From contig DAORIX010000004.1 in assembly GCA_035438745.1 (NCBI GenBank), positions 1 through 53,721 of the forward strand: a stretch of 53,721 nucleotides of DNA, in the 5' to 3' direction. Each line of letters opens with the position of its first letter. Positions within the stretch are counted from its first letter, which is position 1. Below the pieces are notes generated by a model. That model was not told where the DNA came from, ran no database searches, and saw only the letters and a program-made list of their open reading frames with translations. This DNA comes from Minisyncoccota bacterium (GTDB taxonomy: Bacteria > Patescibacteriota > Minisyncoccia > Phycocordibacterales > UBA6065). The position numbers were made by a program, and so were the translations under genes. Below are positions 24,853-35,880 of this stretch, piece after piece.

Positions 24853-25164
24853 ATGGAAAAAGACGCACAGTTTCTTGAGTCACTTATAAAAGCTCTTGTT
24901 GATAATCCTAACGACGTAAAAATAAATCGAACAGTAGATGAGATGGGTGTCCTCCTTACGCTTGATGTTAATCCAAGCGACATGGGTAAAATCATTGGAC
25001 GCGAGGGTAACACCGCAAAGGCAATACGTACACTTTTGCGTATTGTAGGGATGAAAAATAATTCTCGTGTAAATCTTAAAATTAGTGAGCCTGTAGGCGG
25101 AATTCCTCGAGAGACTCGAACAGCAAAGACCGTAGACGAGGCAATGGCAGATCTCAAGTTGTAG
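24853..25164 (+). CDS. khpA: KH-domain RNA-binding protein KhpA/YlqC
   Basis: LVDNPNDV; DMGKIIGREGNTAKAIRTLL. Confidence 0.93.
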   Translation: MEKDAQFLESLIKALVDNPNDVKINRTVDEMGVLLTLDVNPSDMGKIIGREGNTAKAIRTLLRIVGMKNNSRVNLKISEPVGGIPRETRTAKTVDEAMADLKL

Positions 25165-25197
25165 AATTCTCACTAGTGAATCTTGAGCCGTAAACAT

Positions 25198-25221
25198 AAA
25201 AACCGCACTCATGCGGTTTTT
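25198..25221 (+). terminator. Rho-independent terminator
   Basis: AAAAACCGCA-CTCA-TGCGGTTTTT. Confidence 0.75.
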
Positions 25222-25269
25222 ATGTTTCTCTTGCTCAAAAATACAAAAAGGGTAGTCTAAGGTATACCT

Positions 25270-25965
25270 ATGCATTTTCATATCATTTCACTTTTTCCGG
25301 GGGCATTTGACTCATATCTCGGTGAGTCGATTTTGAAGCGTGCCATTTTCGATAAAAAAATAAAAGTCTCTTTTTATAATCCTCGAGATTATGCTGACAA
25401 TGAGTACAAGAGAATAGATCAAAAGCCGTATGGCGGTGGTCCTGGAATGGTCATTCAAGCATTGCCAGTGATTAAGGCAATAAGCAAGGCAGTATCTAGT
25501 ATAGAGAAGCTCGAATCTAGAAAATCAAAAGGCACGAGCTCCAAGATTCATGGTTCACGATACAAGATTCTATTCTTTAATCCTGACGGAAAGCAATTTG
25601 ATACACACTACGCAAAAGATTCAGCAAAGAAATACGATCACATTATTTTGGTGTGCGGACGATATGAAGGAATCGATGCTCGTATAAAAAAAGCGTTTAA
25701 GATGGAGGATGTGTCTGTCGGACCTTTTGTTCTTACAGGAGGGGAGTTGCCAGCCATGATAGTAATCGACTCGGTTTCTCGTCAGGTAGAGGGGGTTTTG
25801 GGTAATTTTGATTCACGAGAAGAAGAGCGTGTTTCGAGTCCTGATGTGTATACCCGACCAGAAGTTTTTGTGTACAAAAACAAAAAACTACGTGTTCCCA
25901 AGGTTTTGCTCTCAGGAAATCACGCGGAAATAGATGCGTGGAGAGAGTCGAGAAAAAGAGTGTAA
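25270..25965 (+). CDS. trmD: tRNA (guanine-N1)-methyltransferase
   Basis: DQKPYGGGPGMV; CGRYEGIDAR; GPFVLTGGELPAM; YTRP; VPKVLLSGNH. Confidence 0.97.
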   Translation: MHFHIISLFPGAFDSYLGESILKRAIFDKKIKVSFYNPRDYADNEYKRIDQKPYGGGPGMVIQALPVIKAISKAVSSIEKLESRKSKGTSSKIHGSRYKILFFNPDGKQFDTHYAKDSAKKYDHIILVCGRYEGIDARIKKAFKMEDVSVGPFVLTGGELPAMIVIDSVSRQVEGVLGNFDSREEERVSSPDVYTRPEVFVYKNKKLRVPKVLLSGNHAEIDAWRESRKRV

Positions 25966-25994
25966 CCTTTTAGAAAAGAGTATACTTATAATAC

Positions 25995-26585
25995 GTGAAG
26001 ATATCATATATGTTAGATGTGCTGAGTGAATACCGCACAAAGACTGACGAAGAGGTGCTGGCAAAATCCTACGATGTGCCACGCCTTTTCGAGTTATTGG
26101 TCATGCGTCATGAGGAAGCTTTTTTGAGAAAAGCAAAACATATTTTAAAAAGTCCTGAAGCAGCACAAGACGTTGTTCAAGACACGTTTGTTAAAATTTA
26201 TATGTATGGACGGAATTTTAAACCTGTAGAGGGGGCTCGTTTTACTTCATGGGCATACCGCATTCTTATAAATACCTGTTTTCTTTGGTACAAAAAGAAT
26301 AAGCGAGATAGAGAATTTTCTACACTTATAGATGAAGAGCTCGAGGCGGTATTGCCTCACGATGACAAGGATGAACGGGCGCATATGCTTGATCGTGACT
26401 ATCTTGAATCATTGTTTGCTGAATTGCCTGAAACGTTTGCTCGTATTTTGAGATTGTATGTAATTGATAATAAGGATTATGGAGAAATAGCCGCGATTGA
26501 AAAGGTGAGTGAAGGGGCAATAAAAACTCGTATGCATCGAGCTCGCGAAATGATGAAAGAACTCACTAAAAAAATTAAATATTAA
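25995..26585 (+). CDS. ECF RNA polymerase sigma factor
   Basis: AQDVVQDTFVKIY; FTSWAYRILIN; YGEIAAIEKVSEGAIKTRMHRARE; start may be 26010. Confidence 0.9.
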   Translation: MKISYMLDVLSEYRTKTDEEVLAKSYDVPRLFELLVMRHEEAFLRKAKHILKSPEAAQDVVQDTFVKIYMYGRNFKPVEGARFTSWAYRILINTCFLWYKKNKRDREFSTLIDEELEAVLPHDDKDERAHMLDRDYLESLFAELPETFARILRLYVIDNKDYGEIAAIEKVSEGAIKTRMHRAREMMKELTKKIKY

Positions 26586-26604
26586 TTAATGTAATACAGA
26601 GTAT

Positions 26605-26901
26605 ATGTCACACATAACACAAAACGTAATGCATCGCGTGAATACAATCTATACTGTACACAAAGTAAAAATTATTGCTTTCAAAGCCGTGTTTGCTTTG
26701 GGCGCTTTGGCCCTTGTTGCTTCTGCTGTGTCGTTTACTCAAGTGTTTGAAAATAGTAAACATACAGATAATATCCTTGCTTTCGTGATGAGCGCGGTTA
26801 TATCTACAGAATTTCCAGTGCAGGTGCTTTTTGTTGCGCTCTGTATTTTTGCGTATTTCTCAGTGCGAGACCTCATCGATATCATTCGTGTTCGTCGCTA
26901 G
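26605..26901 (+). CDS. Small membrane protein, putative anti-sigma partner
   Basis: Hydrophobic segments; directly downstream of the ECF gene. Confidence 0.65.
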   Translation: MSHITQNVMHRVNTIYTVHKVKIIAFKAVFALGALALVASAVSFTQVFENSKHTDNILAFVMSAVISTEFPVQVLFVALCIFAYFSVRDLIDIIRVRR

Positions 26902-26945
26902 AAAGGATCCATTCTCGGGCTCGCGGGGCGTACAGGGGGCATTTC

Positions 26946-26974
26946 TTGACTTAGGAGGCCTTATCATATAGTAT
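26946..26974 (+). promoter_or_regulatory. rpoB promoter
   Basis: TTGACT, 17 bp, TAGTAT. Confidence 0.7.
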
Positions 26975-26980
26975 CTATCT

Positions 26981-27163
26981 CAACTTCAGGCAAGATTGTG
27001 TAACAGGGGAATCCGAAGGATTAATAAAGGTTTAGTGGTCCTTTTCTTGCTTACGACAAACTAAAACAACTACAACGTGGCAGAGACCCTTTTATCGAGG
27101 GGACTTTTTGCGTTTTTGATGTCTATGCAAGGCGAGGAGAGATAAGTAGCAGTATCTCAATAT
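26981..27163 (+). promoter_or_regulatory. Long structured 5' leader of rpoBC
   Basis: ~180 nt; AGGCAAGA/TCTTGCTT, AATCC-GAA-GGATT, CCCT/AGGG followed by T5, GAGATA/TATCTC. Confidence 0.45.
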
Positions 27164-30100
27164 ATGAAAAGAGAAAAAAAATATTTCGGACGTTTCAAGG
27201 AAGCGCTTACCGAGATGCCGAATCTCGTAGAGTCTCAAATCCAGTCTTTCAACTGGCTCATTGAGAAAGGTCTCGGTGATTTGTTCGCTGAGTTTACACA
27301 ACTCAAAGATTATTCAGAAAAAAAGTTTGAACTTTCGTTTACCGGTTTTGAGCTTGCCCAGCCAAAGTATGATGAGCACTATGCAAAGGCAAACAAGATG
27401 TCATACGAAGCGCCTCTCAAGGTTCGTGTGAAGCTCAAGAACAAAATGTTCGATTCCACAAAGGAGCAGGAAATCTTTCTTGCCGATTTTCCTCTCATGA
27501 CCTCTCATGGTACGTTCATTATCAATGGTATTGAACGTGTTATTGTCCCTCAACTCGCTCGTTCTTTCGGTGTTTTCTTTACATCTCAAGAAATTAAAGG
27601 AAAAACAGTATTCGGTGCAAAAATTATTCCAGCTCGTGGCGTGTGGATTGAAATCGAAACTGATACCGACGGTACACTCTATGCTCGTATCGATCGCAAG
27701 AGAAAGTTTCCTATTTCTTCTCTCATTCGTGTTCTTGCTCCAAAGGGTCAAGAAGACATTCTTTCGTATTTCAAGGCTGATCCAAAAGCAAAGGCTGTTA
27801 TGGAGGCTACTCTTGCAAAGGACACAGCAAAAACTCTCGGTGAATCATATATAGAGATTCACAAGCGTCTTCGTGATGGCGATCTCGCTACCGCTGACAA
27901 CGCACGTGAATTTGTGAGCGGACTCTTTACTCCTGAACGATACGATATTTCTCGTGTTGGACGTTTCCGTTTTAACAAGCGCTTCGTTAAGGCGATGGAA
28001 GAAAAGGATCTCGAGCGTAAAACAATTTCTGCAGACGATATTGCTACTATCGTTTCTCACATTGTTCACCTCAACAATGAACCAGATGCACTCGAAGATG
28101 ATATCGATCACCTCGGTTCTCGACGTGTGCGTTATGTTGGTGAGCTCATGCAACAGAAACTCCGTGTTGGTATGTCACAGATAAAGCGAAACATTCAGGA
28201 TCGTATGTCTACTATCGAGCCAGATGTAACTCTACCTGTGCAATTTATTTCTCCTCGCCCTCTTCAGGCACGTCTCAAGGAATTCTTTACAACAAACCAG
28301 CTTTCTCAATTCATGCAACAGGAGAACATTCTCTCTGAGATTGAACACTTGAGAACTCTCTCGGCTCTCGGACCAGGCGGACTTACTCGTGAACGAGCAG
28401 GTTTTGAAGTTCGTGACGTACACCCATCTCACTATGGTCGTCTCTGTCCGATCCACACTCCTGAAGGTCCAAACATCGGTCTTATCTTGCGTCTCTCATG
28501 TTACGCACGTATCAACAACTTTGGAATGATTGAAACTCCGTACGCTAAAGTAAAAAACGGAAAGGTTACCAAAGAAATTGTGTACCTCAACGCTCTTGAA
28601 GAAGAAAACTTCAAGATTGCTCATGCTGCTACTAACTATGATGAGAACGGAAAAATTAACGACGCAGAAGTAGAGGTTCGTGAAAACGGAAAGCCTATTG
28701 TGGTAAAGAGAGAAGAAGTGGATTTTATTGACGTCGCTACTAATCAGGCATTCTCTATTGCAACGTCGATGATCCCATTCCTCAACCATGACGACGCAAA
28801 CCGAGCACTCATGGGTTCGAACATGCAGAAGCAGGCTACTCCATGTATTATTCCAGAAGCTCCACTCGTTGCTACAGGTATTGAGGCAAAAGCAGCTGCT
28901 GACACAGGACGTATTGTTCTTGCTCCAGAAGAAGGAACGATTTCATATGTTGACGCTGCAAAAGTTACATTCAAAAGCACAAAAGGAAAGGAAACAACAT
29001 ACAATCTCGTTTCATTCCAGCGAACAAACGGATTTACCGCTTTTCACCAGAGACCAGTGGTATCTCTCGGAGACAAAGTAAAGAAGGGAGACGTTCTCGT
29101 CGACACATCAACATCTGATGGTGGACAAATGGCACTCGGACAGAACATGCTCGTTGCCTTTATGTCATGGTCTGGTAGTAACTACGAAGACGCGATTATT
29201 CTCTCAGAGCGCCTCGTAAAGGAATCAAAGTTTACTTCTATTCATATCGAAGAGTTTGTTGTGAATGTTCGTGATACAAAGCTCGGTCCTGAAGTAACCA
29301 CTCACGATATTCCAAACGTAAGTGAAGTGAAACTCCGCAACCTTGATGAAGAGGGTGTAATTCGTATCGGTGCAGAAGTTCGTTCTGGAGATATCCTCGT
29401 TGGTAAAATTACACCAAAGGGTGAAACACAACTCACTGCTGAAGAGCGTCTCCTTCGTTCTATCTTCGGTGAAAAAGCTCGAGATGTTAAAGACACCTCA
29501 AAGCGTATGGAAGGAGGAAAGAGAGGTCGTGTTATCGGCGTAAAAGTATTCTCTCGTGAAAAGGGAGATAAACTCGAGTCGGGTATCATCAAACGTATTC
29601 ACGTTGAAGTTGCTCAACTTCGAAATGTTTCAGTGGGTGACAAGCTTGCTGGACGACACGGAAACAAGGGAGTTATCTCAAAGATTCTTCCTGAAGAAGA
29701 TATGCCATTTATGGCAGACGGAAAGCCTGTGGATGTGATTCTCACACCACTCGGTGTTCCTTCTCGTATGAACCTCGGTCAGATCCTTGAACTTCACTTG
29801 GGTCTTGCTGCTCACACGCTCGGTTATCAGGCTGTCGTTCCTCCATTTGCAGGAGCATCTGATAAGGAAATCAAAGCAGAGCTTGTAAAAGCAAATATTC
29901 CTCAAAACGGAAAGGTTACCCTCTATGACGGTAGAACAGGAGAAAAATTTGATAAGGATATTGCTGTTGGATACATGTACATTCTCAAGCTTCACCACAT
30001 GGTTGAGGACAAGATCCACATGCGTTCAATCGGTCCGTACTCTCTCATTACTCAACAGCCACTCGGAGGAAAGGCACAGGGAGGAGGTCAGAGATTTGGA

Positions 30101-30334
30101 GAAATGGAAGTCTGGGCACTTTTGGGTCATGGTTCAGCACACACATTGCGAGAAATCCTTACGGTAAAGTCTGACGATATTGTCGGTAGATCAGCTACAT
30201 TTGATTCGATTGTGAAGGGGGAAAAGATGAAGGAGCCAAATATCCCTGCTTCGTTCAATGTACTTCTTAATAGCTTGAGAGGCCTAGCGCTTGATGTCGA
30301 ACTCAAGAAAAAAGGAGATAAGAAAAATAAATAA
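27164..30334 (+). CDS. rpoB: RNA polymerase beta subunit
   Basis: FIINGIERV; HYGRLCPIHTPEGPNIGL; ANRALMGSNMQKQA; GDKLAGRHGNKG; GGQRFGEMEVWAL. Confidence 0.99.
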   Translation: MKREKKYFGRFKEALTEMPNLVESQIQSFNWLIEKGLGDLFAEFTQLKDYSEKKFELSFTGFELAQPKYDEHYAKANKMSYEAPLKVRVKLKNKMFDSTKEQEIFLADFPLMTSHGTFIINGIERVIVPQLARSFGVFFTSQEIKGKTVFGAKIIPARGVWIEIETDTDGTLYARIDRKRKFPISSLIRVLAPKGQEDILSYFKADPKAKAVMEATLAKDTAKTLGESYIEIHKRLRDGDLATADNAREFVSGLFTPERYDISRVGRFRFNKRFVKAMEEKDLERKTISADDIATIVSHIVHLNNEPDALEDDIDHLGSRRVRYVGELMQQKLRVGMSQIKRNIQDRMSTIEPDVTLPVQFISPRPLQARLKEFFTTNQLSQFMQQENILSEIEHLRTLSALGPGGLTRERAGFEVRDVHPSHYGRLCPIHTPEGPNIGLILRLSCYARINNFGMIETPYAKVKNGKVTKEIVYLNALEEENFKIAHAATNYDENGKINDAEVEVRENGKPIVVKREEVDFIDVATNQAFSIATSMIPFLNHDDANRALMGSNMQKQATPCIIPEAPLVATGIEAKAAADTGRIVLAPEEGTISYVDAAKVTFKSTKGKETTYNLVSFQRTNGFTAFHQRPVVSLGDKVKKGDVLVDTSTSDGGQMALGQNMLVAFMSWSGSNYEDAIILSERLVKESKFTSIHIEEFVVNVRDTKLGPEVTTHDIPNVSEVKLRNLDEEGVIRIGAEVRSGDILVGKITPKGETQLTAEERLLRSIFGEKARDVKDTSKRMEGGKRGRVIGVKVFSREKGDKLESGIIKRIHVEVAQLRNVSVGDKLAGRHGNKGVISKILPEEDMPFMADGKPVDVILTPLGVPSRMNLGQILELHLGLAAHTLGYQAVVPPFAGASDKEIKAELVKANIPQNGKVTLYDGRTGEKFDKDIAVGYMYILKLHHMVEDKIHMRSIGPYSLITQQPLGGKAQGGGQRFGEMEVWALLGHGSAHTLREILTVKSDDIVGRSATFDSIVKGEKMKEPNIPASFNVLLNSLRGLALDVELKKKGDKKNK

Positions 30335-30408
30335 CAATTAACAACCAACGATTAATCTTTAACTAGAGAAAAAAGAAAAAGTTAATTGTTAATAATTTTC
30401 TAAAACAT

Positions 30409-33400
30409 ATGTCATACACACCAAAACAAAAAGCAGGAGAACTCAATGATTTCGATACGGTACTTCTCCGTGTCGCATCTCCTGAGCGTATTAAAGAATG
30501 GTCATTCGGTGAAGTTACCAAGCCTGAGACAATCAACTACCGTACTCAGCGTAGCGAAAAGAATGGTCTTTTCGATGAAAAGATATTCGGTCCAGACAAG
30601 GATTATGAATGTTACTGTGGAAAATACCGCGGTATTCGTTACAAGGGTATTGTCTGTGAAAAATGTGGAGTTGAAATAACTCGTTCTATCGTTAGGCGCG
30701 ATCGTATGGGACACATTGAGCTTGCGACACCGGTTTCTCATATCTGGTTCCTTCGTTCTATGCCGTCACGTCTCGGTCTCGTTCTCGGAATGACAACTGC
30801 TGATCTCGAAAAGGTTATTTACTTTGCGGGATATATTGTTACTAAGGTTCATGAGAATGAACGCGTTCAGATTCTCAAAGATCTCGAGTCTGAATTCAAG
30901 GCAAAAGTAAAAACTGCTCAAGACGAAAAAACAAAAGAGGCGCTCAAGGAAATGTACTCAAGCGCAAAGAAAGAAATTGATGGAATCATGGAAGGCGTTG
31001 TAATCGACGAAGTCCACTACCACAAGTTCTCAATGAAATACTCAACTCTCTTTGAGGCGGGTATTGGAGCTGAGGCTATCTTTGAGATTTGTAAAAATCT
31101 TGATTTGAAAAAACTCGAGGAACAGATCGTTAATACTATCGACAATGCAAACTCAATCGATAGGGAAAAGATGAACAAGAGGCTTTCAACCGTGCGCGCT
31201 ATGATGCGATCAGGTGTTCGCCCTGAGTGGATGTTCCTCTCTCGTATTCCTGTTATTCCACCAGCACTTCGTCCTATGGTTCCTCTCGATGGAGGTCGTT
31301 ATGCAACATCAGATGTAAACGATTTGTATCGACGCGTTATCAACAGAAATAATCGTCTTGCAAAACTCAAGGAGATTCATGCTCCTGATGTGATCCTCAG
31401 AAATGAAAAGCGTATTCTTCAGGAAGCGGTAGACGCTCTTGTTGATAACTCGATTCGTCACGGCAACTCAACGGTTAATGCTGGAGCACAATCACAGAAA
31501 CGAGCGCTCAAGTCTCTCGCGGACAACCTCAAGGGTAAGAGAGGTCTCCTCCGTGGAAACCTTCTTGGAAAGCGTGTTGACTATTCAGGACGATCGGTGA
31601 TTGTCGTAGGTCCTGAGCTCGCACTCAATGAATGTGGTTTGCCAAAACACATGGCACTTGAACTCTTTAAACCATTTGTTATTGGCGCACTTCTCAAGCG
31701 AGAACTCGCATACAACATTCGTGGAGCATCTCGTCTCATTGACGATGGTATTCCTGAAGTATGGGCAATACTCGAAGAGGTGATTGATGGAAAGTACGTA
31801 CTTCTCAACCGTGCCCCTACTCTTCACCGTCTCGGTATACAGGCCTTTAAGCCAACACTCATCGAAGGAAACGCTATTCAAGTACACCCACTCGTATGTA
31901 CTGCCTTTAACGCAGACTTCGACGGTGACCAGATGGCGGTACACGTACCACTTTCAGAAGAAGCTCAGGCAGAAGCTCGAGAAATCATGGCGTCTGACAA
32001 GAACATTTTGAAACCTGGTTCTGGAGATCCTGTGGTGTCAGCAAAAATGCTCGACATTGTTCTCGGTTGTTACTGGATGACAAAGATTGTGAGCGGAGAA
32101 AAGGGAGAAGGAAAAGTATTCTCATCACCTGAAGACGCAGTACTCGCATCAGACTTCGGTGAAGTTTCATTTAGAGCTGCGATTAAAGTACTCGCTCCAA
32201 CAACTCCAAAGTATAAAGACTTTGAAGGAAAGATTTTCGACACTACCGTAGGACGTATTCTCTTTAACGCTATATTGCCAGCAGAATATGCCTTCATTAA
32301 CAAAGAAATTGAGCGTAAAACTATGGCGGGTATCGTTGATGATCTTCTCACACGATATGGAATGGCGTCTGTTCCGCCAATTCTCGACAAGGTAAAGAAG
32401 TTCGGATTCAAGTACACAACATACTCAGGTACATCATGGGGTATTGATGACGTACTCACACCTACTGGAAAGGACGAAGTGGTAAAGCGCGCAAAGTCAG
32501 AGTCTGACAAAGTTGTTGAGCACTATCACGAAGGTCTCCTTTCTGAGGAAGAAAAAATCCGAAAGAACGTTGAGATTTGGCACAAAGCAAAGAGCGAGGT
32601 TGAGAAATTGATTCCAGCAACACTCGACAAAAATGGTTCTGTGAGCGACATGATTCAGTCCGGAGCTCGAGGATCTATCGGTAACATTACACAGATGGCG
32701 GGAATGAAGGGTTTGATTACCAACACTGCCGGAGAAACTATTGAGTTCCCAATTATTTCAGGAATGAAGGAAGGACTTACTCCAATTGAGTACTTCATTA
32801 CTACTCACGGTGCTCGAAAGGGTCTTACTGACACCGCTCTCAACACTGCTCGTGCGGGTTACCTCACTCGTCGTTTGTTCGATGTGGCTCAGGACGTTAT
32901 GGTTACTGAGACTGATTGTGGTACCAAAGAATCTATTGTTATTAAAAAAGATAGCGCATCAGGTATTGATGTTGCTCTCGCAAAGAATATTCGTGGACGC
33001 GTGCTCGCTGAGGACGTTGTCGACAAAGATGGCAAAGTTGTATTCAAGAAGGGTCATCTCATTAGCAAAACTGACGCTCAGAAAGTTGAGGCTTCAGGAG
33101 CTATGGAAATTCGTGTTCGTTCTCCTCTCACCTGTAAGACACTTCACGGTGTATGTCAGCAGTGTTACGGAATCGATCTCGGAAAGAATCATCTCATTGA
33201 TATTGGTGAGGCTGTTGGAACTGTTGCTGCTCAGGCTATCGGTGAGCCGGGAACACAGCTTACTATGCGTACATTCCACGCCGGAGGTACTGCGTCTGTC
33301 GGAGGAGACATCACACAAGGTCTTCCTCGTGTTGAAGAAGTGTTTGAAAAGCGTAAGCCAAAGAACTCTGCAGTTATCTCACACGTAAGTGGTACTGTCT

Positions 33401-34095
33401 CTTCTGTAAAAGATATGGGCAAGGAAAAGATTATTACAGTAATGCCTGATATTGAAGATCTTGCAAAGGGTGCAAAGAAGGCACAAGAAGTTGAGTATGT
33501 TTTCAACTACAAACGTATGCCACTCGTTAAGATGGGTGACAAGGTAAAGAAGGGAGATATGCTCACTGACGGTTCTGCTGATATTGATGAGGTGTTTAAA
33601 TTCGCAGGTAAAGACAAGGCGATGGATTACATCATCAAAGAAATCGGCAAGATCTATGAGTTGCAAGGAGAAACAGTGTCACGTAAACACATTGAAATTA
33701 TCGTGAAGCAAATGTTCTCTCGTAAGAGAGTAAAAGATGCGGCTGATACCAAGTTCTCTGTGGAAGACATTGTTGATGTGTACGATCTTAATATTGAGAA
33801 TGATCGCGTTAAGGAAGCAGGTAAGACTGTTGCAACAGGCGAGCCTGTTGTGATGGGTATCACTGAAGTTTCTCTTTCTCGTCAGAGCTTCTTGTCTGCT
33901 GCATCGTTCCAGCACACCACTCGAATCTTTATTAACGCTGCTATTAGAGGCACAGAAGACAGCCTCGTTGGTCTCAAGGAGAATGTTATTATCGGTAGAC
34001 TTATTCCTGCAGGTACTGGCTACAAAGGTAGCGTAAAGCAAAAGATGATTGAAGCGAGCGTACCACCTCGTACTGACGAACAAACTGGTAGATAG
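30409..34095 (+). CDS. rpoC: RNA polymerase beta' subunit
   Basis: CYCGK..CEKC; NADFDGDQM; GARKG; GEPGTQLTMRTFH. Confidence 0.99.
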   Translation: MSYTPKQKAGELNDFDTVLLRVASPERIKEWSFGEVTKPETINYRTQRSEKNGLFDEKIFGPDKDYECYCGKYRGIRYKGIVCEKCGVEITRSIVRRDRMGHIELATPVSHIWFLRSMPSRLGLVLGMTTADLEKVIYFAGYIVTKVHENERVQILKDLESEFKAKVKTAQDEKTKEALKEMYSSAKKEIDGIMEGVVIDEVHYHKFSMKYSTLFEAGIGAEAIFEICKNLDLKKLEEQIVNTIDNANSIDREKMNKRLSTVRAMMRSGVRPEWMFLSRIPVIPPALRPMVPLDGGRYATSDVNDLYRRVINRNNRLAKLKEIHAPDVILRNEKRILQEAVDALVDNSIRHGNSTVNAGAQSQKRALKSLADNLKGKRGLLRGNLLGKRVDYSGRSVIVVGPELALNECGLPKHMALELFKPFVIGALLKRELAYNIRGASRLIDDGIPEVWAILEEVIDGKYVLLNRAPTLHRLGIQAFKPTLIEGNAIQVHPLVCTAFNADFDGDQMAVHVPLSEEAQAEAREIMASDKNILKPGSGDPVVSAKMLDIVLGCYWMTKIVSGEKGEGKVFSSPEDAVLASDFGEVSFRAAIKVLAPTTPKYKDFEGKIFDTTVGRILFNAILPAEYAFINKEIERKTMAGIVDDLLTRYGMASVPPILDKVKKFGFKYTTYSGTSWGIDDVLTPTGKDEVVKRAKSESDKVVEHYHEGLLSEEEKIRKNVEIWHKAKSEVEKLIPATLDKNGSVSDMIQSGARGSIGNITQMAGMKGLITNTAGETIEFPIISGMKEGLTPIEYFITTHGARKGLTDTALNTARAGYLTRRLFDVAQDVMVTETDCGTKESIVIKKDSASGIDVALAKNIRGRVLAEDVVDKDGKVVFKKGHLISKTDAQKVEASGAMEIRVRSPLTCKTLHGVCQQCYGIDLGKNHLIDIGEAVGTVAAQAIGEPGTQLTMRTFHAGGTASVGGDITQGLPRVEEVFEKRKPKNSAVISHVSGTVSSVKDMGKEKIITVMPDIEDLAKGAKKAQEVEYVFNYKRMPLVKMGDKVKKGDMLTDGSADIDEVFKFAGKDKAMDYIIKEIGKIYELQGETVSRKHIEIIVKQMFSRKRVKDAADTKFSVEDIVDVYDLNIENDRVKEAGKTVATGEPVVMGITEVSLSRQSFLSAASFQHTTRIFINAAIRGTEDSLVGLKENVIIGRLIPAGTGYKGSVKQKMIEASVPPRTDEQTGR

Positions 34096-34138
34096 TGCGC
34101 CGTATAGTGCCTGAGGCGCCAGGCACCTCTCTCGTGTT

Positions 34139-35878
34139 ATGAAAAAAGATCACGTTCAGGAGATAAAAGATCGCCTCGCGATTCAAGACGTCATTAGTTC
34201 GTATATAAAGATTGAAAAGGCCGGGTCTAATTTTAAGGCTCGTTGTCCTTTTCATAATGAAAAAACACCATCGTTCTTTATTAGTCCCGATAGGGGAACG
34301 TACTACTGTTTTGGGTGTGGTGAAAAAGGCGACGCGTTTTCTTTTGTTGAAAAGTTCGAAGGATTAGATTTCAAAGGCGCACTCAAGGTGCTTGCTCAAA
34401 AGGCCGGTGTCGAGCTCACTCCTGTTTCTTCGGGAGGTGTGCGTGATGACAAAGAGCGACTCTACAAAATAGTTGAAGATGCGACGGTGTTCTTTGAGGA
34501 ACAGCTCAAGGCTCATCCAGAGGCACAAGTATATGTAGCTTCTCGAGGTATCACCGACAAGACGGTTCGACATATGCGCATAGGATATGCACCTTCGGAT
34601 TGGAGACAGCTTCGTGCGTATTTAGCAAGAAAAAAATACACCGACGCAGAGGTGTTGTCTGTCGGGCTCATCAAGAAAACAGATAAAAAAACAGACGATC
34701 CGTACTACGATGTTTTCCGTGGTCGCATTATGTTTCCTATTGCTGATTCTTCCGGTCGGGTAGTCGCGTTTTCTGGGAGAATTGTAGTTGATGATGAGAA
34801 GTCTCCAAAATATCTCAATAGTCCAGAAACCGTACTCTTTACTAAATCAAAAGTATTGTATGGTTTAGATAAAGCAAAGCAATCAATACGCACCAGTAAT
34901 TACGCCATACTTGTTGAGGGACAAATGGATTTGGTTATGTCTCATCAGGCAGGATTTACGAATACAGTTGCGGCCTCGGGCACAGCATTTTCGGAAGACG
35001 AACATGCTGACGGAAATGTTTCGGGTATTGGTCTGGTAACACGACTTTCAAAGAACATTATCATTGCTTTCGACAGTGACGATGCTGGATATAAGGCAAC
35101 GCTTCGTGCTGGCAAGATTGCACTCGGGATGGGTATGGATGTAAAGATCACTACTATTGTGGGAGGCAAAGACCCTGCTGATATTATCAAAGCAAATCCA
35201 AGTCACTGGGCGGATGTGATAAAGAGTGCAACTCCTATCGTGCCTTTTATTTTGAAAAGGATTATGAGGCAAGTAGCTGATCCAAAAAAGGTGGGTATTT
35301 CGATTCGTACAGAGTTACTACCGTATGTTGCTCTACACGAGAGTTCTATTGAGCAGGCGCGACTTATAGAGTATATTTCAGGAGAAACAGGTATTAAATC
35401 AGATGCGCTGTGGGGCGATATCTCAAAGATCACTGTTCAGACAACTCAAGCTCCTTCCACGAGTGCGGTATCACAAAGTGCACTTTCTCGTCTCGAACAG
35501 ATTGAAAGAAAAATTTTTGGCATTCTCAATTTGTACAAAGACAAAAAGACACTCGAGCTCCAGCATAGCCGTATTCGTGATATTGTTGGGGATAAGGCGT
35601 TTGGTTGGTATGAGTCATTACCACCAACGGAGATATCGACCCTTATTACTCCGATTGAGGTTATGTATGGAGAAAAAGGGGTCGGGCAAAAGGAGTTTGA
35701 TGAACTCATTTTATTACTAGAAAAAGAGTATATAAAGAAAAAAAGGGAAGAAGTCGGGGCGTCTATCAAAAAAGCTCAAACAGAAAAGAATGGTGTACGA
35801 GAGCAGGCGCTTCTCAAGGAACATCACGTGCTATCAAAAAAGATGAATGAGATTGATATAATACTTAGTAAAAAATAA
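34139..35878 (+). CDS. dnaG: DNA primase
   Basis: [11 protein letters not shown]...CFGC; FRGRIMFPI; KYLNSPET; EGQMD; FDSDDAG. Confidence 0.97.
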   Translation: MKKDHVQEIKDRLAIQDVISSYIKIEKAGSNFKARCPFHNEKTPSFFISPDRGTYYCFGCGEKGDAFSFVEKFEGLDFKGALKVLAQKAGVELTPVSSGGVRDDKERLYKIVEDATVFFEEQLKAHPEAQVYVASRGITDKTVRHMRIGYAPSDWRQLRAYLARKKYTDAEVLSVGLIKKTDKKTDDPYYDVFRGRIMFPIADSSGRVVAFSGRIVVDDEKSPKYLNSPETVLFTKSKVLYGLDKAKQSIRTSNYAILVEGQMDLVMSHQAGFTNTVAASGTAFSEDEHADGNVSGIGLVTRLSKNIIIAFDSDDAGYKATLRAGKIALGMGMDVKITTIVGGKDPADIIKANPSHWADVIKSATPIVPFILKRIMRQVADPKKVGISIRTELLPYVALHESSIEQARLIEYISGETGIKSDALWGDISKITVQTTQAPSTSAVSQSALSRLEQIERKIFGILNLYKDKKTLELQHSRIRDIVGDKAFGWYESLPPTEISTLITPIEVMYGEKGVGQKEFDELILLLEKEYIKKKREEVGASIKKAQTEKNGVREQALLKEHHVLSKKMNEIDIILSKK

Positions 35879-35880
35879 TT

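Noticed and set aside
27401-34083. Many antisense ORFs of 60-200 aa within rpoBC and other core genes
   Set aside because: Shadow frames of highly conserved genes, with no independent signals.
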